DNA of 64,000 nt from a candidate division FCPU426 bacterium (GCA_963847625.1 CAWKAR010000027.1:128001-192000), one strand, 5' to 3'. Shown: positions 27,421-38,501, counted from the first letter of the stretch. The notes: generated by a model not told the origin, from the letters alone. Numbers and translations: made by a program.

Positions 27421-28779
27421 TCATTTCCCGAGTTTTCGTAGAGTCTCAAAGGAATAGATGCCCGTCCCATGCCCGTCGGACCATTGGAAGTGGAGCGCGT
27501 AACGGCCTACCGGATCCACTCCCGCGATATAGACGCTGGGATCAATAGATTCGATATTCACCATCCGCTTTCCGGTCACTTCGTTCACGCAAGAAGCGCA
27601 GGGGCACATACTGCGCAGATATCGGTTTGGATAGCGAAGGACCTTCCCGTCATCCCACTTGATGACCGTGACCTTTTCATCCTGTGTGTCCACCTCCCGG
27701 GGCCGGTTGGAGACCCTGCTTGTTTTGTCGTTGATGATGGAAAGCTGGGAGGCCATCTGCCGGGCGATCTGGCCATAGGCCTTGGCCGAGAGGGAATCGG
27801 GATGGGAAGCCACGGTAGGAACGCCGGAATCCCCGTCTTCGGCTACCAGCGCCTCTAGGGGCACCTCACCCAGGAAGGGAACGGCCAATTCACCGGCCAT
27901 TTTCCCGCCCCCGCCCTTCTTGAAAATTTCGGTGATTTTCCCGCAATGCCCGCACACGAAACCGCTCATGTTTTCCACGATTCCGATAATGGGAACCTGG
28001 ACCTGCTGGAACATCCGGAGTCCCTTTTGAGTGATGACCCTGGCCACATCCTGGGGGGTCGTTACGAGAACAGCCCCCGACAGGGGAACGGACTGGGTCA
28101 GGGTCAGTTGGACATCGCCCGTTCCCGGGGGGAGGTCTATTAATAAGTAGTCTAAAGCACCCCATTCCACCCCTGCCAGGAATTGCCGGACCAGCTTGCT
28201 GGCCATGGGGCCGCGCCATATGAGGGCCGTGTCGCTCTCCTCCTGTAGCATGCCCACTGACATGAATTTGATGCCGTGTTTCTCGAAGGGGATCATTTTC
28301 TTGGAAAGGGGGTCCGTTTCGGGCTGGTGGCCCAATACCCCCAGCATTCGAGGAATGGAAGGCCCGTAGACATCCGCGTCCATCAACCCCACCAGCGCGC
28401 CGGTTTTAGCCAGGGCCAGGGCCAGGTTGGCGGCCACCGTGCTTTTCCCCACCCCCCCTTTTCCGGATGCCACGGCGATCAGGTTCTTGACGGTCGGCAT
28501 ATTCAGGTTTTTGACACCGGTGGGGGCTTGTTTCACGTTGGAGGTCATCCGGACATCCACTTGGGTGATGCCGGGAATCTTTTTCACTGCTTCCATGGCT
28601 TGGGACTTGAAAAGGTCCTTGACGGGGCAGGCGGGAGTGGTCATTTCGATATTGAAACTGACGTTTCCACCCTCGATTTTCATATTTTTGATGAAACCCA
28701 AGGTAACAATGTCCTGGTACAGGTCGGGATCCTTGATACCCCGAAGGGCGTTTAAGATGTCCTGTTCGGAAACACCCAT
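27421..28779 (-). CDS. mrp: Mrp/ApbC Fe-S carrier ATPase with N-terminal DUF59 and C-terminal DUF971
   Basis: DPDL..DIV.LG..TTPACP; SGKGGVGKS; DLPPGTGD; ENMS..CGHC; CPCASC..GRYAL..WSDGHGTGIYSF. Confidence 0.92.
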   Translation of the reverse strand: MGVSEQDILNALRGIKDPDLYQDIVTLGFIKNMKIEGGNVSFNIEMTTPACPVKDLFKSQAMEAVKKIPGITQVDVRMTSNVKQAPTGVKNLNMPTVKNLIAVASGKGGVGKSTVAANLALALAKTGALVGLMDADVYGPSIPRMLGVLGHQPETDPLSKKMIPFEKHGIKFMSVGMLQEESDTALIWRGPMASKLVRQFLAGVEWGALDYLLIDLPPGTGDVQLTLTQSVPLSGAVLVTTPQDVARVITQKGLRMFQQVQVPIIGIVENMSGFVCGHCGKITEIFKKGGGGKMAGELAVPFLGEVPLEALVAEDGDSGVPTVASHPDSLSAKAYGQIARQMASQLSIINDKTSRVSNRPREVDTQDEKVTVIKWDDGKVLRYPNRYLRSMCPCASCVNEVTGKRMVNIESIDPSVYIAGVDPVGRYALHFQWSDGHGTGIYSFETLRKLGK

Positions 28780-29155
28780 ACCTTTCTCCTTTTGATCCGA
28801 AAATCGATGGCTTATGGCTGAAATTACCAGGGTTTATCCAAGTTCATCTTGTTACATGCTGTATTAAGAAGAAGATTAAGAAATTAACATCGGTCCTGGG
28901 TCTGAAAAATGCAAGCCGGACTTTGCATTTATTTGGAGATCACTATTCCATCCCTCTCACTTCAGGTGAAAGGTCTGCGATTTTTAAAAGAACGACATTC
29001 TGCCATTCACGGAACCCAGAGAAAAGTTCAATTTTCCCGTGAAAACTAGTAAAATAATGATTGTCCCGCGTAAATTTACTTCCGGTTTTTTATTTGTTTT
29101 TTGATCCCTTTTCCCTTCTCTGAAGGGAAAGAATCTTCCAGAGACGAAGGATTCC

Positions 29156-31654
29156 ATGAAAGCCATCATTATGGCGGGTGGATTCGGAACCCGCATGCGA
29201 CCCCTGACTATCAACCTACCCAAACCCATGATCCCCATGGTGAACCGTCCCATCATGGAAATCATCTTGGATCTTCTCAAGAAACACTCCCTGACCGACG
29301 TGGTCGGCGTTATTTTTTACCAGCCCGAGATCATCACCGAGTATTTCCGCGACGGCGCCGAATTCGGCGTGCAGATGTTATATAAGTCAGCCGAGAGCGA
29401 CCTGGGTACCGCAGGCTCGGTGAAATCTTGCCAATCCCTGATCGAAGACAAGTTCATCGTCATCTCCGGAGACGTGCTCACCGATTTCAACCTTACCGAG
29501 GCCATCCGCTTCCACGAGAAAAAAAAAGCCAAGGCCACCATGGTCCTAACGCGGGTTGAAAACCCGCTGGCTTTCGGCGTGGTCATCACCGACAAAGACG
29601 GGAAAATCCAGAGATTCCTCGAGAAGCCGACCTGGGGGGAGGTTTTCTCCGACACGGTTAACACTGGCATTTATATCCTGGAGCCGGAAGTCCTGGACAT
29701 GATTCCCGCCAACGAGGAATACGATTTCTCCAAGAATCTTTTTCCCCAAATGCTCGAGAAAGGCATACCCCTCTACGGCTATATCGCCGAGGGTTATTGG
29801 GCCGACATCGGCAATTTGGACCAGTACCGCCTGGCCCACCAGGATATTTTCGCCGGTAAGGTGGATGTCCGCATCAAGGGATCACGCTTGAACAAAATCG
29901 GCAAGGAGATCTGGGCGGGCGAGAAGACCCATATCGACCCCACGGCCCAGTTCACGGGAACGGTGGTTGTTGGCGAGAACTGCAATATTGGCAAACACGC
30001 CAAGCTCACCAACTCTGTCCTGGGAGACGGATGCCAGGTGGAGGAAGGCGCGGTCCTTACCAACGCCATCTTATGGCGGAACGTTTCCATTGGCGCCGAA
30101 GCCCAAGTGCGGGAATGCGTGGTGGCTTCAGGGACTGATGTGCGGGAAAAGGCCAACATCTTCGAAGGGGCCATCGTCTCGGATAACTGTACCATCGGAC
30201 GTGACGCCGTCGTCAAGGCGGGTGTCAAGGTTTGGCCTAACAAGGTTGTGGAGGACGGTGGCCGGCTTTCCACCTCCTTGGTTTGGGGTGACAAGTGGGC
30301 GCGTTCCATCTTCGGACAGTACGGCGTCACGGGCATGGCCGGCATCGACATCACGCCCGAGTTCGCCAGCAAGATGGGGGCGGCCTACGGCGTGTCCCTG
30401 CCCAAGGGTTCCACGATTCTCACCTCCCGCGACATCCACAAAACCAGCCGCATGATCAACCGCGCCCTTATTTCGGGCATCCTTTCCTCGGGTGTCAACG
30501 TGCACGACCTACAGGAAATGCCCATCTCAGTTGCCCGGTACGCCGTCCCAAAACTATCCGACGCAGGTGGACTCCACACCCGCAAGAGCCCCTTCGACAA
30601 ACAGTTCATTGACATCAAGTTCTTCGACGGACGCGGGATGGCCCTTTCCTCGGGCAAGGAAAAGGGGATCGAAAACCTCTTCTACCGGGAAGACTTCCGC
30701 CGGGCCACCATGGAGGAGACGGGGGAGTTGATGTTCCCGCACCGGATGCTCGAGTTCTACCACCAGGGATTCCTGGACGCGTTGGACTTGAAATCCATCC
30801 TGGACTACAAGCCAAAAGTCGTCATTGATTACGCTTTCTCAGCGGCGGCGCCGATCTTCCCACTCCTGCTGGGAAAGTTAGGATGCGAGGTGGTGGCCTT
30901 GAACGCCTACATGGACGAGACCAAACTTACCAAGACCCCGGAGCAATTCCAGGCATCCCTCAAGCAGATGTCCGACATCGTCCCGACCCTCCACGCTAAT
31001 TTCGGGGTTTTGTTCGATTCCGGCGCCGAGAAGATTTTTGTCGTTGACGAGAAGGGCCACCTGTTAGGGGGGACGGAACTCCTGGCAGTTTTCTCTCTTT
31101 TCGCGTACCACACCCACAAGGGAGCCAAGACAGTTGTTCCCGTCAATAGTTCCCAGATACTGGAAGATTTGGCAAAGGCCAACGGCGGAACGGTGGTCCA
31201 TACGCGCACGACCTATTTCTCACTCATGGAAGCGGCCACCCAGAAAGACGTGGTGCTGGTGGGAGAATCGGACGGTGGCTTCATTTTTCCGCGATTTGCC
31301 CCCTTCATGGACGCCATGATGTCCACCGCCAAGCTGATGGAATTCATCGCCTTGGAAGGCAAACCCATTTCCCATTACCTGAAGGAGATCCCGAAAAAAG
31401 TCGAGATCAGCCAGACGGTCCATTGTTCCTGGGAGTTGAAGGGAAGCATCATGCGCCAGCTTATTGAGGATACGGCGAACGAGAAACGGGAGCTCATCGA
31501 CGGGGTGAAGATCAACCGCAACGGATCCTCGGTCATGATTTTGCCCGACGCCGACATGGCCCTTTTTCACGTCTCGGCCGAAGCTGAAAACGAGAAAAAA
31601 GCCCAGGAGTTGGTAACGGCCTACGTAGAGAAGATCAAGAAGTGGCAGAGCTGA
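29156..31654 (+). CDS. Mannose-1-phosphate guanylyltransferase / phosphomannomutase-like fusion
   Basis: MAGGFGTRMRPLT..PKPM, LGTAGSV, EKP, left-handed beta-helix, PGM/PMM-fold C-half. Confidence 0.92.
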   Translation: MKAIIMAGGFGTRMRPLTINLPKPMIPMVNRPIMEIILDLLKKHSLTDVVGVIFYQPEIITEYFRDGAEFGVQMLYKSAESDLGTAGSVKSCQSLIEDKFIVISGDVLTDFNLTEAIRFHEKKKAKATMVLTRVENPLAFGVVITDKDGKIQRFLEKPTWGEVFSDTVNTGIYILEPEVLDMIPANEEYDFSKNLFPQMLEKGIPLYGYIAEGYWADIGNLDQYRLAHQDIFAGKVDVRIKGSRLNKIGKEIWAGEKTHIDPTAQFTGTVVVGENCNIGKHAKLTNSVLGDGCQVEEGAVLTNAILWRNVSIGAEAQVRECVVASGTDVREKANIFEGAIVSDNCTIGRDAVVKAGVKVWPNKVVEDGGRLSTSLVWGDKWARSIFGQYGVTGMAGIDITPEFASKMGAAYGVSLPKGSTILTSRDIHKTSRMINRALISGILSSGVNVHDLQEMPISVARYAVPKLSDAGGLHTRKSPFDKQFIDIKFFDGRGMALSSGKEKGIENLFYREDFRRATMEETGELMFPHRMLEFYHQGFLDALDLKSILDYKPKVVIDYAFSAAAPIFPLLLGKLGCEVVALNAYMDETKLTKTPEQFQASLKQMSDIVPTLHANFGVLFDSGAEKIFVVDEKGHLLGGTELLAVFSLFAYHTHKGAKTVVPVNSSQILEDLAKANGGTVVHTRTTYFSLMEAATQKDVVLVGESDGGFIFPRFAPFMDAMMSTAKLMEFIALEGKPISHYLKEIPKKVEISQTVHCSWELKGSIMRQLIEDTANEKRELIDGVKINRNGSSVMILPDADMALFHVSAEAENEKKAQELVTAYVEKIKKWQS

Positions 31655-31719
31655 AAAGCAGGACCGATGGATGATTCGATCGGGCGATAATTCGCCCTAA
31701 TTTTCGAAGAAAGCCAAGT

Positions 31720-32616
31720 GTGAACAAATATCTCCAGAAGTTGCTTCCGCTTTACCAGAAACTTGGCGTGAACATCCTGCCAACCGGTTTCGAGGTACCG
31801 GTCCCATCGTTAGCTGAGTTAGAACACCATGATTGGGAGAAAAAGTCCGCGCTTCCAGGGTTGGTTTTTTCCGAAAAAAAACAGCTCCGGCTCATGGGGG
31901 ATTTCACTAAGGCTTATTTCAAAGAGTTTCGGCGGTTTCCCCAAGTAGTTTCCGAAGAATCAGAAATTTTTTACATACAAAATCCAGCTTTTGGCCCGGT
32001 GGACGCATGGATGTACTACAGCATGATCCGGCGTTTCAAACCCAGCCGGATATTCGAAATCGGGACCGGTTTTTCCACTTTTCTAGCGGCCCAGGCGGTT
32101 CTCCAAAACGGAAAAGAGGGGAAGAAGACCAAGCTGGAAGCCGTCGATCCTTTCCCGGGGCAAGCCCTGCGCACGGGATTCCCGGGGTTTCATCAGCTCA
32201 TCCGGGGGGAAGTGCAAAAGGTTCCACTCGGATTATTTACAACCTTGGGTAAAAACGACATCTTATTCATCGATTCCAGTCATGTCCTGAAAATCGGCAG
32301 CGACTTAAACTATTTACTGTTGGAAATACTCCCCCGGCTTTCCCGGGGCGTCCTGGTGCATTTCCACGATATTTTCCTTCCATTCGAATACCCGCGGAAA
32401 CTGGTGACGAAGGATTTTAAGTTTTACAACGAGCAATATTTTTTGCACGCCTTCCTGGCATTCAATCCAGCCTTTGAGGTGCTTTGGGCCGGACAGTTCA
32501 TGCTGAAAAAACATTTTAAAAAGATAGAAAATTTTTTTGAGCCATTCTGGCGGCCCGACGTCCGCCGCAAGGAGATTCCCTGGACCAGTGTGAGTTTTTG
32601 GCTTCGGCGTCATTGA
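31720..32616 (+). CDS. Class I SAM-dependent methyltransferase
   Basis: EIGTGFST, LFIDSSH, GVLVHFHDI..P.EYP. Confidence 0.88.
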   Translation: MNKYLQKLLPLYQKLGVNILPTGFEVPVPSLAELEHHDWEKKSALPGLVFSEKKQLRLMGDFTKAYFKEFRRFPQVVSEESEIFYIQNPAFGPVDAWMYYSMIRRFKPSRIFEIGTGFSTFLAAQAVLQNGKEGKKTKLEAVDPFPGQALRTGFPGFHQLIRGEVQKVPLGLFTTLGKNDILFIDSSHVLKIGSDLNYLLLEILPRLSRGVLVHFHDIFLPFEYPRKLVTKDFKFYNEQYFLHAFLAFNPAFEVLWAGQFMLKKHFKKIENFFEPFWRPDVRRKEIPWTSVSFWLRRH

Positions 32617-32775
32617 CTTTTAAGGAATTCCTGGCAGCGAGACCGGGTATTTCGTTCGAATTTTGGTTTTCACCCGATTTCAACTACTGCCTTGATCGAA
32701 GCTCGTTGCATAATGAATGTCTTTAGATTAAAATTCCCGCCGTTGGGAAGATTTTTATTATAAGGAAGCCTCATT

Positions 32776-34212
32776 TTGACAAAAATCACCTTTGGGACAT
32801 CCGGTTGGCGTGCGATTTTGGCCGAGGATTTCACCTTCGCCAACGTCAAGATCGCGGTGGCGGCAATCGCGCAGCATATACACCAAGAGGGCTCGGTTTC
32901 CAAAGGCGTTGTCGTGGCGGGGGACTACCGTTTTCTCTCCGAGGAATTCATGGAGCTGACCGCCGGGGTCTTGGCGGGCCACGGCATCACCTCTTATATA
33001 TGTCCGGTCGGAACGCCTACCCCTACGGTTTCCTATGAGCTGATCCGCCGCAAAACGGCGGGGTCCATTAATTTCACCGCCAGCCACAACCCGGCCATCT
33101 ACCAGGGCCTAAAATTCAACGGGCCCGACGGCGGTCCGGCCGCCCCCGAGGTCACTAAAAAATTAGAAGCCCTGGCCGCTATTATCGCCGCCAAAGGGGG
33201 CCTGGTTCCCGAATTACCCTTTAAAAAGGCGGTGGAAAAGGGAATGGCTATCCCCATCGATCCGAAGCCGGCCTATTTCGCGCGGATCCGGGAACTGGTC
33301 AGGTTTGACGTCCTCAAAAAAGCCAAACTCAAAATCGTCTTGGACCTGATGCATGGAAACGGTCTGGGATACATCGACACCCTTCTTCAGGAAGCTGGAA
33401 TTAACCTGAAGGTTCTGCACAATACCCGGGACCCGTTCTTCGGGGGGCGCGGCCACCATCCAGAGCCGGGGCCGGAGGAATTGAAGGAAGCTATCCACCT
33501 AGTGAAAACCCTTCCCGCCCATCTGGGGCTCGCCAATGACGGGGACGCCGACCGTTTCGGGGTCATCGACGGGGACGGAACCTTTATCGTCCCTAATGTC
33601 GTACTTCCCATCCTCTTCGAGCATCTCCTGAACACCCGCGATTGGAAAGGATGCGTGGTCCGCACTCTGCCCACCACCCACCTGATTGACGCCATCGCCG
33701 AGGCACACTTGATTCCCTTGAGAGAAACCCCAGTGGGGTTCAAGCATATCGCAAAAGTCATGTCCGAGGAATCCATCATCATCGGGGGAGAGGAATCGGG
33801 AGGCCTTACGGTGCATGGACACGTGCCCGAAAAAGACGGCATCCTGGCCAACCTGCTGATGGCCGAGGTCGTGGCGCAAGAGGGAAAGAACCTCTCAGCT
33901 GTCCTCAGAAATCTTTTCCAGAAATACGGGCCCTTTTACACTGACCGCTTGAACCTAGATCTTGAGGAAGGAATGAAAGAAGCCATAACCCTTAAATTCA
34001 ATGACAACCCCCCCGCTGAAGTGATCGGAAAGCGCGTGGTAGAGGTAAACCGGAAGGATCCGGACGGCACCAAACTCATCCTGGAAGACGACGAATGGCT
34101 GATGGTACGATTTTCCGGGACCGAACCTCTCATGCGTTGTTACATGGAAGCCCATTCCCTTGCAAGCCTGGAAAATTTAAGAAAAGCCGTAAAAGAAATC
34201 ACTCATAGTTAG
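32776..34212 (+). CDS. Phosphoglucomutase/phosphomannomutase
   Basis: FGTSGWR, TASHNP, DGDADR, GGEESGG, RFSGTEP. Confidence 0.95.
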   Translation: MTKITFGTSGWRAILAEDFTFANVKIAVAAIAQHIHQEGSVSKGVVVAGDYRFLSEEFMELTAGVLAGHGITSYICPVGTPTPTVSYELIRRKTAGSINFTASHNPAIYQGLKFNGPDGGPAAPEVTKKLEALAAIIAAKGGLVPELPFKKAVEKGMAIPIDPKPAYFARIRELVRFDVLKKAKLKIVLDLMHGNGLGYIDTLLQEAGINLKVLHNTRDPFFGGRGHHPEPGPEELKEAIHLVKTLPAHLGLANDGDADRFGVIDGDGTFIVPNVVLPILFEHLLNTRDWKGCVVRTLPTTHLIDAIAEAHLIPLRETPVGFKHIAKVMSEESIIIGGEESGGLTVHGHVPEKDGILANLLMAEVVAQEGKNLSAVLRNLFQKYGPFYTDRLNLDLEEGMKEAITLKFNDNPPAEVIGKRVVEVNRKDPDGTKLILEDDEWLMVRFSGTEPLMRCYMEAHSLASLENLRKAVKEITHS

Positions 34213-34332
34213 TTCGAAAAATCACGAAAAGACCGGTCCTTCCACTGGATTTTCATCATGCTTTTCCAGCACCTTTTGCTATAAACTAATGAAGTGTTTA
34301 CCTATGAACCGTTTTAAAAAAGGCTCCTGACA

Positions 34333-35373
34333 ATGGATTCAGAATCAGTCCTTCAGGTAATAAAATCCCGAATTTTAAAAGTCTTGGTTCCCTTGGCCCT
34401 ATGGCTCATATTGGGAATTGGGGCTGGAGTGGCTGCGGCTCTTTACATCCAGGATTCTGTGATCGTGGAATATATCGGGGTGGGGACCGCCTTTCTTCTT
34501 ATTTTATGGTGGGTTTTCATCTCCTGGTGGATCAAGTCCGAATGGCTCCTGGATATCCAAAATTACATGCTGGAGAATCAAATTCTTCCCTTTAACTTCG
34601 TCAAGTTCAAGCGATGCCTGCCTTGGACCGCGGGGATGCAAAAGGAAAAGCTGATCCGATCCGTTGCGGGGGAATATTACAACCTGAGGGAAAAAGCCGC
34701 CCGGACCCAGCAAACGCTCGAAAAATACGTCGGAACCAACATCACGGCGAAAGCCGCGGATAAGGCCAATCGTTCGGAACTGGGTGGAGAGCTCCAAAGG
34801 GTTTATGTCCTTTTTTCCGACTTGAGGGGTTTCACACACATGGCCGAGCAGTTAAAGCCCGAGGAAACAGTCGATATCCTGAACAAAATCTTCTCGGCCA
34901 TGGAAGAGGTCATCACCCAGAACGGGGGGAATATCAACAAGTTCATCGGCGACGCCATCTTCGCCTACTTCCGCAGGCCCTACAGCAACGAGGGGGAAGC
35001 GACCAAGCCGGTGTTGCGGGCTGCCTTGCGGATGCAGGACCGGTTTGAAATCCTGAACAAGGGCTTCAAGGCTGCCTACAGCGATCAAATGGAAATCGGC
35101 ATGGGTATCGGAGTGGCGGCGGGCACGGCCATCGTGGGAAACCTGGGTTCGGCCAACCGCATGGAATTCACCCTCATCGGCGACACGATCAACCTGGCAT
35201 CGCGCCTTTGCGGCATCGCCAAAAGCGGCCAGATTCTAGTGAACGAAGAAATGGCCGAAGTGTCCCAGGATTATTTCGAGTTGACGGCATTGCCTGCGGT
35301 CCAAATTAAGGGAAAGTCCGGGATACACACTCCTTACCAAGTGTTGGGGGAGCGTTTAACAATGAGCCGGTGA
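34333..35373 (+). CDS. Class III adenylate cyclase with two N-terminal TM helices
   Basis: FSDLRGFT, KFIGDAI, GDTINLASRL, IKGK. Confidence 0.92.
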   Translation: MDSESVLQVIKSRILKVLVPLALWLILGIGAGVAAALYIQDSVIVEYIGVGTAFLLILWWVFISWWIKSEWLLDIQNYMLENQILPFNFVKFKRCLPWTAGMQKEKLIRSVAGEYYNLREKAARTQQTLEKYVGTNITAKAADKANRSELGGELQRVYVLFSDLRGFTHMAEQLKPEETVDILNKIFSAMEEVITQNGGNINKFIGDAIFAYFRRPYSNEGEATKPVLRAALRMQDRFEILNKGFKAAYSDQMEIGMGIGVAAGTAIVGNLGSANRMEFTLIGDTINLASRLCGIAKSGQILVNEEMAEVSQDYFELTALPAVQIKGKSGIHTPYQVLGERLTMSR

Positions 35374-35430
35374 TGACCAGACGAACGTAAGGTTTTCTCC
35401 GATTCAGTCTTGAGGAAATGGCCTAACAAA

Positions 35431-36669
35431 ATGAAAAAAACAAAAAAATCACGCCCGGCCCCCGCCCCGCCGGCAACCGCGGCTTACCAGCATTTTGGGA
35501 TGAAAACCGACCCTTTCACGACTCTCTCCCTCCAAGCGCATAACTTGGATTATTTCGTGGGCCGCAAGGAACTCATCGACCGTTTGTCCTCCAACATGCT
35601 CTCTCTTTCGAATGTGGGTGTCGCGGGGGAACCCGGGGTGGGCAAAAGCAGCCTCATGCAATTGCTCCGCAGCCGCCTTCCAAAGGACTTTTTCTCAGTG
35701 GTGATCGGCGTCCCCCTGGATGACGCCTCCTATTTCCTTTCCGAACTTCTGAGGGAAGTTCTCGTAGCGATTCCGAAGGTGCCGGGATTGAAATTGGGCG
35801 AAGTGGCGAGAAGAGTCGAGAAGGAGACCCTCAGTAAGAACACGATCTTTTCCATCCTCAAGACCCTGATCGCTCACTTGAAAAAACCGCTGGTCGTCTT
35901 CGTGGACGACCTTGAAAAAACGAAAGGGGACCGGGTCCGGCATTTCACCCGTTCGGAAAGGACCCTCCAGCTGTTGGAGGAGCTAAAGCCCATCCTGGAA
36001 CTGCCCAAGGTGGGGTTTGTTGTTATTCTACAAGAGGAGTTTTATTCGATGGTCGGCCAAATCGTAAAGGAGGGCGCCGAACCCACCGTCCTGGGCCTTT
36101 TCAAAAACATCGTGTTCGTGGAAAGATTCACACGCGCCGAACTCCAGGAGGCGCTGGCGATCCGACTCAGGCAGGCTGGCTTTGGAGGCTCCCAGGAGGA
36201 ATTCCTGGAACCGGAAGCCTTGTCCATGGCCCTTTCCTTTTCCTACGGCAACCCCCGCCGCTTCCTTTTCCTCATTTCCGAGGGAATGTACCGATCGTTC
36301 CGGAGACGTTCCCGCCGGGTGGAATTCCAGGATCTGTTCGACGCGGTCAACGAGCACCTCAAGCTGGATTTGATCTGCAAAAAGCTGCTTTTTTTCCTCG
36401 CCAAGTCGGGACGGGCGGCGGCCACCAATGCCGACTTACAGAGTTTCATGGGCCGCGACATGATTACCATCGCCCGCCGGCTGGAGACCCTCGCTAAAAA
36501 CAGGCTGGCCGAGCTGGTGGACGTCGTGAATGGGACCAAGGTTTACGCTCTGCCGGGAACCCAGATCATCGCCCCAAAGGCCGTGGCGGTAAACAGAGAC
36601 CCCACCCTGCAAACGGAACCGGGGGAGAAAGTCTACTTTTTGGACGGGGACAACGCTTTAAAGGAGTAA
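35431..36669 (+). CDS. AAA+ P-loop ATPase with probable C-terminal winged helix
   Basis: DPF..FVGR, GEPGVGKS, VVFVDD, GNPR. Confidence 0.8.
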   Translation: MKKTKKSRPAPAPPATAAYQHFGMKTDPFTTLSLQAHNLDYFVGRKELIDRLSSNMLSLSNVGVAGEPGVGKSSLMQLLRSRLPKDFFSVVIGVPLDDASYFLSELLREVLVAIPKVPGLKLGEVARRVEKETLSKNTIFSILKTLIAHLKKPLVVFVDDLEKTKGDRVRHFTRSERTLQLLEELKPILELPKVGFVVILQEEFYSMVGQIVKEGAEPTVLGLFKNIVFVERFTRAELQEALAIRLRQAGFGGSQEEFLEPEALSMALSFSYGNPRRFLFLISEGMYRSFRRRSRRVEFQDLFDAVNEHLKLDLICKKLLFFLAKSGRAAATNADLQSFMGRDMITIARRLETLAKNRLAELVDVVNGTKVYALPGTQIIAPKAVAVNRDPTLQTEPGEKVYFLDGDNALKE

Positions 36670-36672
36670 AAG

Positions 36673-36987
36673 GTGAAAGTCTTCGTGGTTTTGATCACGA
36701 CCCCCGGCCGGAAGGCGAGCGAGAAACTTTCCAAAGGATTGGTTCGCAATAAACTGGCCGCCTGCGTCAGCCGCGTGCCGGGACTGACCAGCCGCTATTG
36801 GTGGAAGGGCAAGGTGAATACCGCCCGGGAAGAACTTCTGCTGGTTAAGACCGCCTCCTCCCGATTGAAGCCCCTCCTGCGTTGGGTGCGGGAAAATCAT
36901 CCCTATACCATCAGCGAAATACTAGCATTGCCCGTGGCCGTGGGAAACCCTCCCTATCTGAAGTGGATCGAAAAGAGTTTAAAATAA
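36673..36987 (+). CDS. cutA: Divalent-cation tolerance protein CutA
   Basis: LAACV, SRYWWKG, E..LLVKT, HPY..EI, GNPPYLKW. Confidence 0.93.
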   Translation: MKVFVVLITTPGRKASEKLSKGLVRNKLAACVSRVPGLTSRYWWKGKVNTAREELLLVKTASSRLKPLLRWVRENHPYTISEILALPVAVGNPPYLKWIEKSLK

Positions 36988-37015
36988 CTTATTTTAATTA
37001 ATAAAAGGGACTTTC

Positions 37016-38380
37016 ATGTCGTCGGTTGAAACCAATTCCCAAGCTTTTAAAACCCTCATCCGCACGAGAACCTTGTGCCTGATTGTGATGATGTTTTTGC
37101 TTTATCTCGTCGAGGGGAAAAGGGATTCCGCGGTCATCGTGACGGGATGGGATATTCTTTTCGTCGCAACGGTCCTGAGTTTGGTGTTCGGAGTTTTGGG
37201 AAGGATCAAGCGCATCACAGGCGTTCTTTTGCCGATGGGTTATGTTTTTGACAGCCTTTTGACGGGTTTTTGGGTTTCCATTTCCGGAGGGCCGGTTAGT
37301 TTTTATATCCCGTTTTTTCTCCTCATTCTCGTGAGCGCCATCATGGTTTTGCCGCCACGCAAGGCGTTATTCGTCATCGTGACGGTTTTGGTGGCTTTGA
37401 TCTCGGCTTTTTACCTCGATTACATGTGGCACATTTCCCAATCTTTCGACGCTGGGGAAATCAACCATTACTCCTCCATCATCGAAAAGGAACTGCCTGC
37501 CCAGCGTCTTGTTGTCTACAAGCAACAGGCGGAACGGTGGCTTTTTATTTTCCTCATGATGACCGTTCTGAGCATGTTATTAATGCGCCAAGTTTGGGAA
37601 AGGGAGGAAAAAATAAGGTTCAAGGAAAAGACCTTGGAACAAAAACGGCACTTGATCCAAATGGGGGAATTGACCGGCAGAATCGCACACGGCGTCAACA
37701 CGCCACTTGGCCTCATTTCCGGAAGCTTGGAACTTTTACTGACTGAAACCCGGAAGGACAATAAGATCCGGAAGCAACTGGAAAAAATCGACCAATATGT
37801 CCAGCGGGCCATCGGCACGGTGCGGGATGTCCTGGATTTCAGCCGCCAAAGCCTATCCGAGGTCAGGCCGGTCTCCTTTTCAAGAATTCTCCGGGCGGCG
37901 GTGGCGGCGGTCCAACCAAGGCTGAAAAAATCCGGGGGAAGATTGATCCTGGACGCGGATGACGACTTACCCCAAATCCTGGGCTATCCCGAGGGAATCT
38001 TCCAAGTGGTTCTCAATTTGCTGGAAAATGCCGTCGATTCCATTCCTCCCGGAGGACTTATCACGCTCTCCGCCCATTTTCAATACCGCCAAGTGCGGTT
38101 GAGCGAGCAGGATCGGCGCGGTGAAATCAAAATCGTAGTGTGCGACACCGGCAAGGGCATTCCCTCCGGCGAACTGAAGCGGATTTTCGAGCCCTTTTAT
38201 TCCACGAAAGAATTCGGCAAAGGCACGGGCCTTGGGCTGGCCATTGTCAAACGCGTTGTCGAGGATCATGGCGGGGTAATAAAGGTGGAAAGCCGCTTGG
38301 GCGAGGGAACGACATTTATCCTTCTTTTTCCAACTGAATGGATAAAAAGCGAAATGGCCGAGGAATTAGGAAAAGAGTAA
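37016..38380 (+). CDS. Membrane sensor histidine kinase
   Basis: IAHGVNTPL H-box, NLLENAVD, DTGKGI, FEPFYSTK, GTGLGL. Confidence 0.93.
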   Translation: MSSVETNSQAFKTLIRTRTLCLIVMMFLLYLVEGKRDSAVIVTGWDILFVATVLSLVFGVLGRIKRITGVLLPMGYVFDSLLTGFWVSISGGPVSFYIPFFLLILVSAIMVLPPRKALFVIVTVLVALISAFYLDYMWHISQSFDAGEINHYSSIIEKELPAQRLVVYKQQAERWLFIFLMMTVLSMLLMRQVWEREEKIRFKEKTLEQKRHLIQMGELTGRIAHGVNTPLGLISGSLELLLTETRKDNKIRKQLEKIDQYVQRAIGTVRDVLDFSRQSLSEVRPVSFSRILRAAVAAVQPRLKKSGGRLILDADDDLPQILGYPEGIFQVVLNLLENAVDSIPPGGLITLSAHFQYRQVRLSEQDRRGEIKIVVCDTGKGIPSGELKRIFEPFYSTKEFGKGTGLGLAIVKRVVEDHGGVIKVESRLGEGTTFILLFPTEWIKSEMAEELGKE

Positions 38381-38501
38381 ACATTCAAACCCATGTCAAA
38401 AGGCGGAGATCAGTAATATCTGGGTAGTAACAAATGAAAGGTAACGTGAATTTGGAATATAATTGTAATAATGTCAGTTTGCTCTAAAAGGACAACCCAA
38501 C

